DNA of 64,000 nucleotides, from contig JAHQWK010000011.1 of assembly GCA_029856145.1 (NCBI GenBank), forward strand, positions 1 through 64,000, given 5' to 3'. The stretch comes from Promethearchaeia archaeon. GTDB taxonomy: Archaea > Asgardarchaeota > Lokiarchaeia > Sigyniarchaeales > SOKP01. Both the position numbers and the translations under genes were made by a program. Under the pieces are notes generated by a model. The model ran no database searches, was not told the DNA's origin, and saw nothing but the letters and a program-made list of their open reading frames with translations. Each line of letters opens with the position of its first letter. Position 1 is the first letter of the stretch. Shown here in pieces: positions 29,430 to 40,087 of this stretch.

Positions 29430-29681
29430 ATGGATTACATTACAGATGTAGATGAGATCAAACATTTGGTTTGTTTAAAATGTGGTTGGGGTCTACCACT
29501 TGTTCCTAGAGATAGGTTTTTGGAATTTGAGATGGAATTTAGAAAACAACATGAAACACATCCTTTAACAGTACTAACGACTTCTGAATTACATGATTTA
29601 GCAGAAAAACGTGCTGAATTACGAAAATACGTAAAATCTTCGAAAAGCTGGGCTGAGGTAAATAAAAACTGGGTAATTTGA
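29430..29681 (+). CDS. Small putative Zn-binding protein (CxxC...HxxH)
   Basis: CLKCG and HETH. Confidence 0.75.
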   Translation: MDYITDVDEIKHLVCLKCGWGLPLVPRDRFLEFEMEFRKQHETHPLTVLTTSELHDLAEKRAELRKYVKSSKSWAEVNKNWVI

Positions 29682-29847
29682 AGAAATAAAGTCCATTGAT
29701 TAATTAGGAATAAATTGTGAATTCCTTTATTTCCTATGAAAAAGAAGGCAACATATAAGATTTATATTCCTAAATTACCTTATAAAAAACGAGGCATTAG
29801 GTTTTTAGAAAAAAGAATTAAAATCAAACATAAAATTAAAATCAATA

Positions 29848-30462
29848 ATGAAGATAATCTCAAAATTTTTAAGAATTTGGCAAAAGAAGGGATTCAGAAA
29901 AGAAAAAAAGTCAATCAAAAAAAGGAAGATTATCTTTAAACCTCCATATAATTATGACTATACATTTAAAATTGTTTTATTGGGTGATCCTGAAGTAGGA
30001 AAGGCAAATATAACTCAAAAATTATGCTATAATCTTTTTAATCCTTCAGAACGGTTAGTTATTGGGGTTGATTTTCATGTTAAAAAAGTAGAAGTAAAAG
30101 GAAAAAAGATAAATATGCAAATCTGGGATATTGCAGGTGAACAAAGATTCAGTTTTCTCATACCAACATATTGTTTAGGCGCAAGCGCCGTAATGATCAT
30201 TTATGATATTACAAATTCTAAAACTGTGGATAAAATGGATAATTGGGTTGAAATTATAAGAGAAAAAGCGGGTAAGATTCCAATTATATTAATTGGTAAT
30301 AAACTTGATTTGGAAAAATCTCGCGAGATATCTAGAGAACATGGAATAAAAATTGCACAAGAATATAACTTATCTGGATTTAAAGAAATATCTACTAAAA
30401 CTGGGGTAAATTTAGAGAAAACGTTCGAAGGTCTTTCAGAATTGATAATGAATCGTTATTGA
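29848..30462 (+). CDS. Rab-like small GTPase with basic N-terminal extension
   Basis: GDPEVGKA, IGVDF, WDIAG, NKLD, ISTKTG. Confidence 0.92.
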   Translation: MKIISKFLRIWQKKGFRKEKKSIKKRKIIFKPPYNYDYTFKIVLLGDPEVGKANITQKLCYNLFNPSERLVIGVDFHVKKVEVKGKKINMQIWDIAGEQRFSFLIPTYCLGASAVMIIYDITNSKTVDKMDNWVEIIREKAGKIPIILIGNKLDLEKSREISREHGIKIAQEYNLSGFKEISTKTGVNLEKTFEGLSELIMNRY

Positions 30463-30752
30463 TTTTAGATAACTCCTTTTTTCCTCTTTATCATTTATGT
30501 TTTCTCTTATTTCTATAAATGGCTGCTATGATTTAAATTTCCTCAAACCTTAACTAATAAATCAATAGACTAATTGGGAAAAATTATACCTTAATACTTC
30601 TTAATTATTGAATATTCTTAATTAAATATAACAATTTTATTAAAAATATGATTAAGATATTATTAAGTACCTTCAGATTAATGATGGTATTTTTATTAGT
30701 CAATTCTATTAAATTAAATGCAGCTAAGCTCGCATATCAAAGGAGGCATTAA

Positions 30753-31424
30753 ATGACCAACTTTACAATTGAGCTAATTTTAGCTTATATTATTTTAATA
30801 CCATTTATTATAGCAAATATTATCTTAACGATGGGTTCATTATACCAAAAGAAAACTGCGAAATTTCTTCAAAAAACCTTAAAAGTTGAGGAAAAGTATA
30901 AAAGTTCTCAAAATACCATATTTAACCTTGTTAATTTGATTATTTGGATAGTTGTTGGCATTATTAATGTATTATCTTTAGAAAATCCAATTTCATTAGG
31001 AGCAATTCTAGTTTTTTTAGCATTTCGAAATGGAGTTAGCCTTAGTAAACGTTTTATTTTTGGAATTCATGATATAAAACTTATGAAATTACATACGTCG
31101 GATAATAAAATTACCAAAATCTTCTCCCGAGTCATTAAAATCAGAATTATAATCGAATTAATGTTTTTATTATGTTGGGGAATATTATATAGATACCTAA
31201 ATGTAACAGTCAAATCAAACTTTAATATTGATGTAAATATATTAGTAATAATTCTTTGGGGCCTAGGGTTTGTTTATGGAATAATTTTCTCATTTATTCA
31301 GAGTAGCATTTCAAAACAATTTTTGCTTAAGAGTGAAATTGGAATAGTCTTATTACTTTCAGGAGAACTTGTTAAAGAAAAGATCAAGAAAAAAATACCT
31401 TTTCAGAAATTTTTCAAGGAATAA
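30753..31424 (+). CDS. Hypothetical membrane protein
   Basis: About five hydrophobic helices; GGAGG SD upstream. Confidence 0.8.
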   Translation: MTNFTIELILAYIILIPFIIANIILTMGSLYQKKTAKFLQKTLKVEEKYKSSQNTIFNLVNLIIWIVVGIINVLSLENPISLGAILVFLAFRNGVSLSKRFIFGIHDIKLMKLHTSDNKITKIFSRVIKIRIIIELMFLLCWGILYRYLNVTVKSNFNIDVNILVIILWGLGFVYGIIFSFIQSSISKQFLLKSEIGIVLLLSGELVKEKIKKKIPFQKFFKE

Positions 31425-31723
31425 AATTACTTATTTAAAGTCGATTTAAACAAATGAAATTTACTATTAAAGCAAAGTCCTAAAGATAATCAGAAATTGT
31501 TAAAAATTTTGAAAGGAATTACTGCAATATATTATGTTATTTCTTATTGGTATGCATTTAATTCCTCGATCTAGCGACAAAATGAAATAAATTCAATATG
31601 GTCCTTCAGTTCAATAATTTGATCAAAATGATATAAAAAAAATCAGATGTATAAATTAAAAATGTGAAATTTATATGCTGAGATATACATATACTTCTTA
31701 GAGTAAACGACTATGGAGTGTAG

Positions 31724-32524
31724 ATGAAGTTGATCGTTATATTATCATATTTTCATACTAAAATAGGGCCATCAATATTTTATTCATTTCCGAAGAAGCA
31801 GTTGGATAAAGAAATATCAACTAGAATATATGATATTATGGATCACCCTAAGAAGGAAGAATTCTTGACTCAATCTTTCGAAAATTTAAAGTTATTAAAC
31901 TATTATTTTCAGATTGACTCAGATTGGGCAAGAGGTTCCAATGAAATGTTGATGCTCTCACTAATGACTACTCCGCAAATTTCTCCTGAAATTGAAGAGA
32001 CTATTTCTAATATGTGTAAGAAATTTTCAGAAAAGATGCAATCAAATGAGGATATTTTTAAAGGGTTCCACATAAAGGAATTAAACAATTATGATGATAG
32101 TGATAAAGAACGTATTAGAAAAAACAAAATCTTAATTAAAAGTTGGGTACAGGAGTTATATTGGGAAATTTTAGAAGTTATAAGAAAAATATCGGAAGAA
32201 GAGAAAATAACATTGCTATTAGATGACCGGTATATATTTGAATCCTTAGAAAAAATGTCAAGAGAAGTGAAGAAAATCAGTAAAGAGATAAATTTAGGAG
32301 AGGATTCCCTAAAATCGAACTCTGATATCAGAGATGCTATTTCAAATTTAAACAATATACTTGATGATTTATATGAAGGGTACATAGAAAAAATGACAGA
32401 ACTTAACATCGAGGAAGAAAATGGCTTATTTTCTCCAGGAGAAGAATTGGAAACAGATGTTCAAAATAGCAAAAAAAAGTTACTTCGAGCTTTAATAGGA
32501 GAATTTAATGGAAAAGAAGAATAA
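31724..32524 (+). CDS. Longin/uDENN-like domain protein with acidic helical tail
   Basis: LSYFHTKIGPSIFYSFP (F...GP start typical of uDENN/NPR2-type longins), ARG..E.LMLS. Confidence 0.65.
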   Translation: MKLIVILSYFHTKIGPSIFYSFPKKQLDKEISTRIYDIMDHPKKEEFLTQSFENLKLLNYYFQIDSDWARGSNEMLMLSLMTTPQISPEIEETISNMCKKFSEKMQSNEDIFKGFHIKELNNYDDSDKERIRKNKILIKSWVQELYWEILEVIRKISEEEKITLLLDDRYIFESLEKMSREVKKISKEINLGEDSLKSNSDIRDAISNLNNILDDLYEGYIEKMTELNIEEENGLFSPGEELETDVQNSKKKLLRALIGEFNGKEE

Positions 32525-32538
32525 AAGAGAAAAAACTA

Positions 32539-34308
32539 TTAATCATTCATTTGATATGCGTCTTTTAAGGAATGTACAATGTTCCAGACTTTTGTAAATC
32601 TCTTTTCATCAACATTCGGCTTTTTTATCATCTTTAAGCACCATTCCATTTGTTCAGGAGTTGTGCTTGATTTATGATATAAGTTTAATGCATATTTAGA
32701 AAAATCTCTCACGAGAAAATCAAAAATTTGATCTAACGTATCTTCATCAATTTTATAGATTGGAGTGTTTTCAATGATGAGATGTGCATATACGATCAAA
32801 GCAAAGATCTCACCAATTCCAGAGAGCATAAAATCCATATCTTTTTGTTGTTCAGGGCTTGGAGTCGCCTTTGTCCCAAGAAGGTTAAACATTTTGATTT
32901 GTTCCAAGAAAATTTTAACATTGGGGAGATCAAATTTCTCGAATGCAGGTTTCCAATCATGAAACTTAACACGGCCTAATCCTCGAGTTGGTCCTTGATT
33001 AAAAAGAAAATCATCATTTTCAGCTTGATCTTGTCTAGGAACATCTTCATATTTTTTATGATTCATCAAGAAATTTAGCATAAATTTCAAAATTAAGGCG
33101 ATGTTAACATGAACAGTGCCCTCGAGTTTTGGTAATGCTCGGATATCTCTTGCGGCACTCTCGAAGTACATATCTTTTTCAAATCCTTTTGCTGCGATAA
33201 CATCCCATAAGAGATTGATTACTTCTTCACCTTGAGTTGTTGTTTTCATTTTCATTACAGGAGCATAGAGCAGGTAGCGTCGGTCTTTATTAGAAGCTAA
33301 ACGCATATAATCAGCTGTCCTTAATCCAAATAATTTCATTGCGACTAAACGTGTATAAGCATCTACAAAATTCTGTTTAACATGTTGAAAATCAGTAACA
33401 TACATATTATAGAGTCTACGATATGCCGCATGATGAATAGCTTCATAAAAGGCGTGAGTACAAATCCCAATTGAAGCCCATCCTAGATTATATTTACCGA
33501 TATTGACAGTATTGAGTGATGAATGCCAAGCATTCTCTCCTTTAGAAAGAATATCCTCTTCAGTTATAGGATAATCATGAAGTGCGAAATTTGATACATA
33601 ATTTTGACTATCGCAGACATTTTTTATCAGATCATAATTTTTGTGCTTATAATTTGCTACAAAAAAGACATATTGATCTTTATTTTTCATGTCATATGGA
33701 GGGATATTTCCATCCTTATCAGCAAGTTTACCAAAATTTGAAACCATCTCAGCTTCATTTCCATTTCCGATATAATACTTTTCTCCATTAGCTCTATAAG
33801 TTCCATCTTCTTGAGGGGTAAGGGCCATCTCAGTTCCATAGATATCAGCACCATGAGCTTGTTCTGAGAGGCCAAATGCAAAAATTGCTCCTTCTCTAAG
33901 TAATTGAGCTGCTTTCTTCTTTGGAATTTCATTCTTACTCATCCAAATAGGACCAAGTCCTAAGATAGAGACTTGCCAAGTATACCAATAAGAAAGCCCA
34001 TAAAATGCGAGAATTTCATTAAATTCACAAATTCGCCAAGTATCCCATCGATAATTTTCATTATCACCATAAGGAGCGGGTGTCAATAACTGAGCAAATA
34101 TTTTATTATTCTTTTGAAACTCAAGAAAATCTGAATACCACACTCTATTGTGATCATCTTCTTTAAGTTTTACTTTCCCTTTATTTTCAAAAAATTCGAT
34201 AGTTTTAAGCATTATTTCTTTTGAACGATCGTCGGGATAATAACGAATGTGACTTTTAGGATTTAATAGAATTGTCATATAATCATCTCTAAGATTTTTA
34301 TTATTCAA
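32539..34308 (-). CDS. Acyl-CoA dehydrogenase family protein
   Basis: FGLSEQAHGAD, GEKYYIGNG, LPKLEGT; start may be ATG at 34278. Confidence 0.93.
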   Translation of the reverse strand: MNNKNLRDDYMTILLNPKSHIRYYPDDRSKEIMLKTIEFFENKGKVKLKEDDHNRVWYSDFLEFQKNNKIFAQLLTPAPYGDNENYRWDTWRICEFNEILAFYGLSYWYTWQVSILGLGPIWMSKNEIPKKKAAQLLREGAIFAFGLSEQAHGADIYGTEMALTPQEDGTYRANGEKYYIGNGNEAEMVSNFGKLADKDGNIPPYDMKNKDQYVFFVANYKHKNYDLIKNVCDSQNYVSNFALHDYPITEEDILSKGENAWHSSLNTVNIGKYNLGWASIGICTHAFYEAIHHAAYRRLYNMYVTDFQHVKQNFVDAYTRLVAMKLFGLRTADYMRLASNKDRRYLLYAPVMKMKTTTQGEEVINLLWDVIAAKGFEKDMYFESAARDIRALPKLEGTVHVNIALILKFMLNFLMNHKKYEDVPRQDQAENDDFLFNQGPTRGLGRVKFHDWKPAFEKFDLPNVKIFLEQIKMFNLLGTKATPSPEQQKDMDFMLSGIGEIFALIVYAHLIIENTPIYKIDEDTLDQIFDFLVRDFSKYALNLYHKSSTTPEQMEWCLKMIKKPNVDEKRFTKVWNIVHSLKDAYQMND

Positions 34309-34878
34309 TTAATTTTAATAATTTTCCGTATTTTGGAAAAAGATTACAAAACTTTTTTTAATGAATAACTTTTACTGGAGATTTAATTTTTTTCAATTTT
34401 ACTTGATATTCTGAGCAAACTTTATATTCAGGAAAATTACATGAATACTGATTTAGTGGAAGATTACAAATGCGTGAAAAAGGGCATTCAAGTAAATTAT
34501 TAGGTATAGTGGGTTCCAAATTCCTCAACCTCGAATAGTTTTGTTATAAAAAAAAAAATTTCTTCATGTTTATACTTTGTGCTTACTTTTTATTAATTTA
34601 TTAACATATTAAAAAGATGTAATGTAATTGATGAGATCACGGCCGGAGCTCGACCACATAAAGTTTTTAACAATCTAATTAAGAAAGTTCTGAAAAGGAT
34701 TTACTAATTCTAACATGAATAAGTTTTAATTGATATTATTAAAATGCTATTCAGATGAATAATCAGGTAAATAATCCCTATGGACAGGTTTGGTTATACT
34801 ATCTAGAAAGATTTTTGTATTTAAATCAATGAAATGTAAAATGAATTAATGTCAAAGAATGCATTAATTCTGATTGAG

Positions 34879-35727
34879 CTATTCATGTGGCAAAATAACC
34901 ACTAAAGTCATAATAAGGATAATTCCACATAAGAATACTAAGGCTTGAATGATCGATTTCTTTAGGTTCTTTTCTTTTATTAGTTCAGGCATGAGCTCTG
35001 TACTTGCTAAGTATAAAAATCCACCACCAGAAAAGGCTAGAAAAAAGAAATTAAACAATTCGATTTGTTCTGACAAAAAATAAGCAAATAATCCACCGAT
35101 TAGTGCGACAAGAGCACTTCCAAAGTTAAATAGAAGAGCTTTCTTTTTAGAAAACCCTCCATATAGAAGGATTCCGAAATCACCAATCTCCTGTGGTAAT
35201 TCATGGAATAAAACTGCAAGTGTGACTATTACACCATTCCCAAATCCACTTATGAATGCAACCATTATAATAATACCATCTAAGAAATTATGTAATCCAT
35301 CACCAATTAAATTAAGAAGTGCAAAGTTTTTTATCTTTTCACCTTTTCCTACGACTTTATCAATACCTTCGGTAAGATTGTCATAGCAAACTAATTGACC
35401 TTCTTTTTCATGAGCATGTCCATGAAACCAATAAATAAATCGTTCTATAATAAAGAATATTATAAATCCGAAAATAATTATAGCGAAAAGAAGACTTTCA
35501 ACTAACCCCGCTCCTCCTGCGTTTAATTCTTCAAAATGATGAAGAGATTCTGGAATTAAATCAAATAAAGCCGTAGCAAGGATTGTACCTGTAGCAAATG
35601 CTACAAGAATGAATAATATCTTATCTAAAGTTTTTTCTCTGAGTGAAATCATAAAGACTCCCATTAAACTTAAAAAGCTGATGATTAATATCATTAAAAA
35701 ACCTAGTAATGCCTCCAAACTTATCAA
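34879..35727 (-). CDS. ZIP family metal transporter
   Basis: GDGLHNFLDG, HELPQEIGDF, His-containing loop. Confidence 0.95.
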   Translation of the reverse strand: MISLEALLGFLMILIISFLSLMGVFMISLREKTLDKILFILVAFATGTILATALFDLIPESLHHFEELNAGGAGLVESLLFAIIIFGFIIFFIIERFIYWFHGHAHEKEGQLVCYDNLTEGIDKVVGKGEKIKNFALLNLIGDGLHNFLDGIIIMVAFISGFGNGVIVTLAVLFHELPQEIGDFGILLYGGFSKKKALLFNFGSALVALIGGLFAYFLSEQIELFNFFFLAFSGGGFLYLASTELMPELIKEKNLKKSIIQALVFLCGIILIMTLVVILPHE

Positions 35728-35895
35728 GACTCTTTTTATTTTATTTTCTAATGGTATATCATAGATTTATTATAAATAAAAATGTTGTGAGTAAATTCTA
35801 TAATAAATTACTATTTTAATCTAAGCTCAATAGTTTAAACTATAAATTTCCCAAATTCATTATTTTAATTACATTGAAATTTTGTATAAAAAGAT

Positions 35896-36738
35896 TTGAT
35901 CGATTTGTATATTGATTGTCATGCACACCTATTTTTCAGTCCTATTCCTCTAGAAGCTATTGATGAGGATATTACAGGTGAGATCCCCACTCCTACTATG
36001 GAGTTTATAAGTAAAATGATTTCGAGTGCAAAGGAAAAAGCAGTAAGCCATATTGTTGGGGTTATAAGTAACCCTAATGATTTTCCTAGTTATCGATTAC
36101 AGTTGGAGTTTGAAAATATTATACATGTTATTGGAATTCAAAGGGGTAAAGCGCTTGAAGAACATTCACACTTGATTTCACTATTAAATAAAGAAATTGA
36201 AAGAAAAATGCCTCACGCGATAGGTGAGATTGGATTGGATTATGGATATGGATTTGATAATTTAAATAACCGTGAAAGAGAGACGTTAAAAAAAGGACAA
36301 CAGGAATTATTTAGGAAACAAATACGATTAGCAAAAGATTTTGATTTACCTATTGTCGTTCATGCTGGTTATGGTATGGATAAAGATATTGTAGAAATTT
36401 TAAAGCAAGAACAAGCTCAGGATGTGGGGGGTCAAATCCATGGGTATATGTCTAAAAACGAGTATGTATCCGAAGTACTTGATATGGGGTTTTTCATTTC
36501 TTTTGGATATATACACACCATAGAGGAAGAATTAAAAGAAATAATTGAAATAACCCCATTGGAACGAATTCTTATTGAAACAGATTCTCCATATCATTTG
36601 ATAGATTCCCCCAAACGATTTATTCTTCCTGAAGACGTTTATTTAATAACTGATGAGATTGCTCACTTAAAGGGAATTAAGCCCGAGGTTTTTGCTAATC
36701 AGATCATGAAAAATGCCAGAGATCTTTTTAGATTCTGA
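35896..36738 (+). CDS. TatD family hydrolase
   Basis: DCHAH, IGEIGLDY, PIVVH, IETDSPY. Confidence 0.93.
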   Translation: MIDLYIDCHAHLFFSPIPLEAIDEDITGEIPTPTMEFISKMISSAKEKAVSHIVGVISNPNDFPSYRLQLEFENIIHVIGIQRGKALEEHSHLISLLNKEIERKMPHAIGEIGLDYGYGFDNLNNRERETLKKGQQELFRKQIRLAKDFDLPIVVHAGYGMDKDIVEILKQEQAQDVGGQIHGYMSKNEYVSEVLDMGFFISFGYIHTIEEELKEIIEITPLERILIETDSPYHLIDSPKRFILPEDVYLITDEIAHLKGIKPEVFANQIMKNARDLFRF

Positions 36739-36889
36739 ATTGATGTTAATACTTAATATTAGATCAACATTTATGAGTCATCCATTTCTCAGAATGGATC
36801 AATTAAGGAAGAATTAAAATTCTAATCAATTTATTATGGATAGTATCCTATTTTTTTATTAATTTGAATTTTAATATTTAGAATAAAAA

Positions 36890-37171
36890 ATGTATTGTCA
36901 AAATTGTGGTTCTGAAATCGACCAGAACGCTATGGTGTGTCCCTATTGTGGGCAGGTGAACAGTAGTTCTGATATTATAAGGAAAAAGGACATTAAGATC
37001 GAAGAAATGGAACAAAAGATAGCAAAATTAGAGGAAATTGTTAAAGAAGGGTCGAGATCAACAACTAAAAAAGCCGGAATAAAAATTTTTCAGCCGTGGA
37101 TTTTTATTTTTCCTATAGTATTTCTTATATTATTTTTCACGTTATTTATAATATTAGTAACCATTAGATAG
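36890..37171 (+). CDS. Zinc-ribbon tail-anchored membrane protein
   Basis: CQNCG...CPYCG, coiled coil, C-terminal TM. Confidence 0.8.
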   Translation: MYCQNCGSEIDQNAMVCPYCGQVNSSSDIIRKKDIKIEEMEQKIAKLEEIVKEGSRSTTKKAGIKIFQPWIFIFPIVFLILFFTLFIILVTIR

Positions 37172-37243
37172 TAAAATTAAAAAGCTCAGATAATTATGAA
37201 TTTAGTTTGATTTTATTTGAAAAGAAAAAAAAGAAATAATAAT

Positions 37244-37804
37244 TTAAAAATTTCTTGTAATAAAGCCGAAAACGATAAATAGGAGCAAACCCGAAAGAAG
37301 ATTTATTATTCCGTAAATGTAGTAAGCTCTTATAAATTTTTGACTTAAGAACATTAGATCTGTCATATACCAACTCGCTAATCCTCCGATCCCCCATATG
37401 GTTATGTCAGTTATTATGTTTGGAGCACTATCAAATTGAGTTTTCATACCAACAAAAATTAGGAGAGTATTTTCTACAATTTCCCATATTCCTGCAATGG
37501 CAAGTGTAATTACCCAATAAATAACCAATTTATGAAAGCTAGGTGGATTGATTGGTGCTTGCGGATTACCGGATAGATTTTTTGCTATAAAACCGATAGT
37601 GAAAACTACAACGAAGAGAGAAACTCCCCAAAGGAGATGTGCCAATGTGTAAAAATCAAATGAGGCAATTGATATAGAAGTATCATCCATAGCTATTAGA
37701 GGATAGCCAAATACTGCTGCAACAATAGGAGTTACGATCAAAATAACGATAAATCCCAGCATTATTAAGAGAGGTATAAACCTTTTTGGTATAATTATAA
37801 CCAC
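37244..37804 (-). CDS. Membrane protein with H...WE..EN...D motif (putative intramembrane metal-binding family)
   Basis: TLAHLLWG, WEIVEN, NIITDI. Confidence 0.65.
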   Translation of the reverse strand: MVIIIPKRFIPLLIMLGFIVILIVTPIVAAVFGYPLIAMDDTSISIASFDFYTLAHLLWGVSLFVVVFTIGFIAKNLSGNPQAPINPPSFHKLVIYWVITLAIAGIWEIVENTLLIFVGMKTQFDSAPNIITDITIWGIGGLASWYMTDLMFLSQKFIRAYYIYGIINLLSGLLLFIVFGFITRNF

Positions 37805-37982
37805 CTTATTATTTCATTTTAATTTGAATTTCAATTTAGGTAACTTCAAATAAGAAACCTTGTAATATATAGATTACATTTTAACATTAATAAGGTGAGG
37901 ATACAAGAAATAATAATTCCTTAGAGAAAAAAAAGTAATTAATTAAAAAAGATATAAGATAACATAGTTTTATAATTTGATT

Positions 37983-38969
37983 TTATTTGGATTTATCTGA
38001 TTCCTTACTATTTTCTTCTGTTTCAGCAGCTCTTCTTTCACGTATTTCTTCCTTAATTTTTTTTATTGTTATTCCTTTAAGTCTAATGAATTGATTAATG
38101 AATATAACTGTGGAGATAAGAATTCCAACTAAATAAAACAGTTGAATGGTCCAGAAAAACGGTTCGATTGAGGTATAAAATACAAGATCGAAGGCATAAG
38201 ACAAACATGAGATTGTAGTGATCCAAATCATAGAGATAAGTAAAGCGATTCTCTCATAAAACTTTGGTTCACCTTTATCAAAAATAATTATTTTTAACCA
38301 AAAAATTATGCAAATAAATGCTAGTGGTGTAAAGATAAGTGAACCTATGGCAATTGGGATAAGTAAATACACGGCAAATCGATTTCTCCAAATATCTAAG
38401 ACCTCTCCTAACGTCATTTGATCTTGAATTTGGACTTTAGCATACTTACCTCTCCAGCTAAAGTAACTTTTCTTCATTTTTCGTCCTAATTTTTTTGCTC
38501 CACTTTTAATACGTTTTATTACCCCCGTGTCTACAGCTTCTTGAAATTCTTCTCTAATTAAAGGAATTATATATAATGAGAGCATTAAAGAGATAAGACC
38601 GTAAATAAATATAAGAAGATCAAACCAATACTGTATGCCTGTTGGAGAAGTTGCGGGAGGCAAATTTGAAACTATGCTGTAAATAGAATAACCTATGAAA
38701 ATACCTGGAACTATCACCTGAACAATTATAAGGATCTGAACATGTTTTTTACTAAATTTTTCTGTAAAGCGATTTAAAAGCCATAAAATACCATTTGCAA
38801 CAGTTAATATTAAGCCAAAACCAGAAAGAACCTTCATAGTCCAAAAGAAAATTAAGAAAGTAAAATTCAGTTCAATAAATCCAAAGATAAGTTCTAGTAT
38901 CATAAAAATTGTAGTCGCAACTAAGCCGATTATATAAAATATATCGAATTTTTTGAGATTAAGATTCAT
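37983..38969 (-). CDS. Hypothetical multi-pass membrane protein
   Basis: About seven TM helices. Confidence 0.8.
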   Translation of the reverse strand: MNLNLKKFDIFYIIGLVATTIFMILELIFGFIELNFTFLIFFWTMKVLSGFGLILTVANGILWLLNRFTEKFSKKHVQILIIVQVIVPGIFIGYSIYSIVSNLPPATSPTGIQYWFDLLIFIYGLISLMLSLYIIPLIREEFQEAVDTGVIKRIKSGAKKLGRKMKKSYFSWRGKYAKVQIQDQMTLGEVLDIWRNRFAVYLLIPIAIGSLIFTPLAFICIIFWLKIIIFDKGEPKFYERIALLISMIWITTISCLSYAFDLVFYTSIEPFFWTIQLFYLVGILISTVIFINQFIRLKGITIKKIKEEIRERRAAETEENSKESDKSK

Positions 38970-39056
38970 AAATATAATAAATTACTATGAACCTTAATAA
39001 TATTCGTGTTTCCAGAGTTCAAGTAATAATATTTCTGATTAAAGCAATTATAAGTT

Positions 39057-39536
39057 TTAGAAGTGAACCATAAAGGGGTTTTTTCTTTTTTCAGTATACT
39101 GTTGATGATATTCTTCTGCTTCCCAAAATTCCGAAGCAGGTACTATTTGTGTAATAATGGGATTCTTAAAACGTTTAGCTGCTTCTAAAATTGCTTTAGA
39201 TCTCTCTGCTTTTTCTTTTTGGTCTGCATTCAAATAAAAAATTGCTGATCGATATTGTGAGCCAACATCAGGACCTTGGCGATTAAGCGTGGTGGGGTCA
39301 TGAATTGACCAGAAAACCTCTAAAAGCTCATCATATGATACAATAGAAGGATCAAATGTAATTTCTATAGCTTCTGCATGACCAGATTTATGAGAACATA
39401 CCGCTTTATACGTTGGATTCTCAAATTTTCCTCCAGTATATCCTACACGAGTAGAAATAACGCCTTTTACCTTTCTAAAATTAGCCTCAACACCCCAAAA
39501 ACAACCTGCTGCAAAAATTGCTTTTTTAGCTTCCAT
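39057..39536 (-). CDS. msrA: Peptide-methionine (S)-S-oxide reductase
   Basis: AAGCFWG, HDPTTLNRQGPD.G.QYRS, AEEYHQQY. Confidence 0.97.
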   Translation of the reverse strand: MEAKKAIFAAGCFWGVEANFRKVKGVISTRVGYTGGKFENPTYKAVCSHKSGHAEAIEITFDPSIVSYDELLEVFWSIHDPTTLNRQGPDVGSQYRSAIFYLNADQKEKAERSKAILEAAKRFKNPIITQIVPASEFWEAEEYHQQYTEKRKNPFMVHF

Positions 39537-39689
39537 AGTTATTAATAAAGAAATTTGATAAGTTAAACATAGGGTTAATTTTCTATAAACATGAGTTCAA
39601 TAATTTGTTATTTTTATAATCATACTAAGGCAAATGCTTTAATCTCTATAAAGCGTGGATTATAATACTTACATTGACTTTTGAAATGT

Positions 39690-40079
39690 ATGGAATCAAA
39701 ACAAACTGAAGATAAATGGAAAAAAAAGTTAACTAAAGAACAATATAGAGTTCTCCGCGAAAAGGGAACTGAAGCGCCATTTACAGGAAAATTTGTAAGT
39801 AATCATGAAAAGGGAGTTTATAAATGTGCTGGTTGTGGTGCTCCTTTATTTTCTTCTGACGAGAAGTTCAATTCTGGTACAGGATGGCCGAGTTTTTATA
39901 AGCCAATGAATAAAGACAATATTGATAAAAAGGAAGATAGAAGTCATGGTATGATCCGTACTGAAGTTTTATGTAAAGATTGTGGTGGGCATTTAGGGCA
40001 TGTGTTTGATGATGTTCCAGAAAATAAGGGTTGTAGATATTGTATTAACTCCATCTCGTTAGATTTCGAGAAAAAGTAG
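39690..40079 (+). CDS. msrB: Peptide-methionine (R)-S-oxide reductase
   Basis: [26 protein letters not shown], two CxxC. Confidence 0.97.
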   Translation: MESKQTEDKWKKKLTKEQYRVLREKGTEAPFTGKFVSNHEKGVYKCAGCGAPLFSSDEKFNSGTGWPSFYKPMNKDNIDKKEDRSHGMIRTEVLCKDCGGHLGHVFDDVPENKGCRYCINSISLDFEKK

Positions 40080-40087
40080 ATATCAAA

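Noticed and set aside
29736-29939. 67 aa Lys-rich ORF
   Set aside because: Overlaps the GTPase start out of frame and reflects A-rich low-complexity DNA
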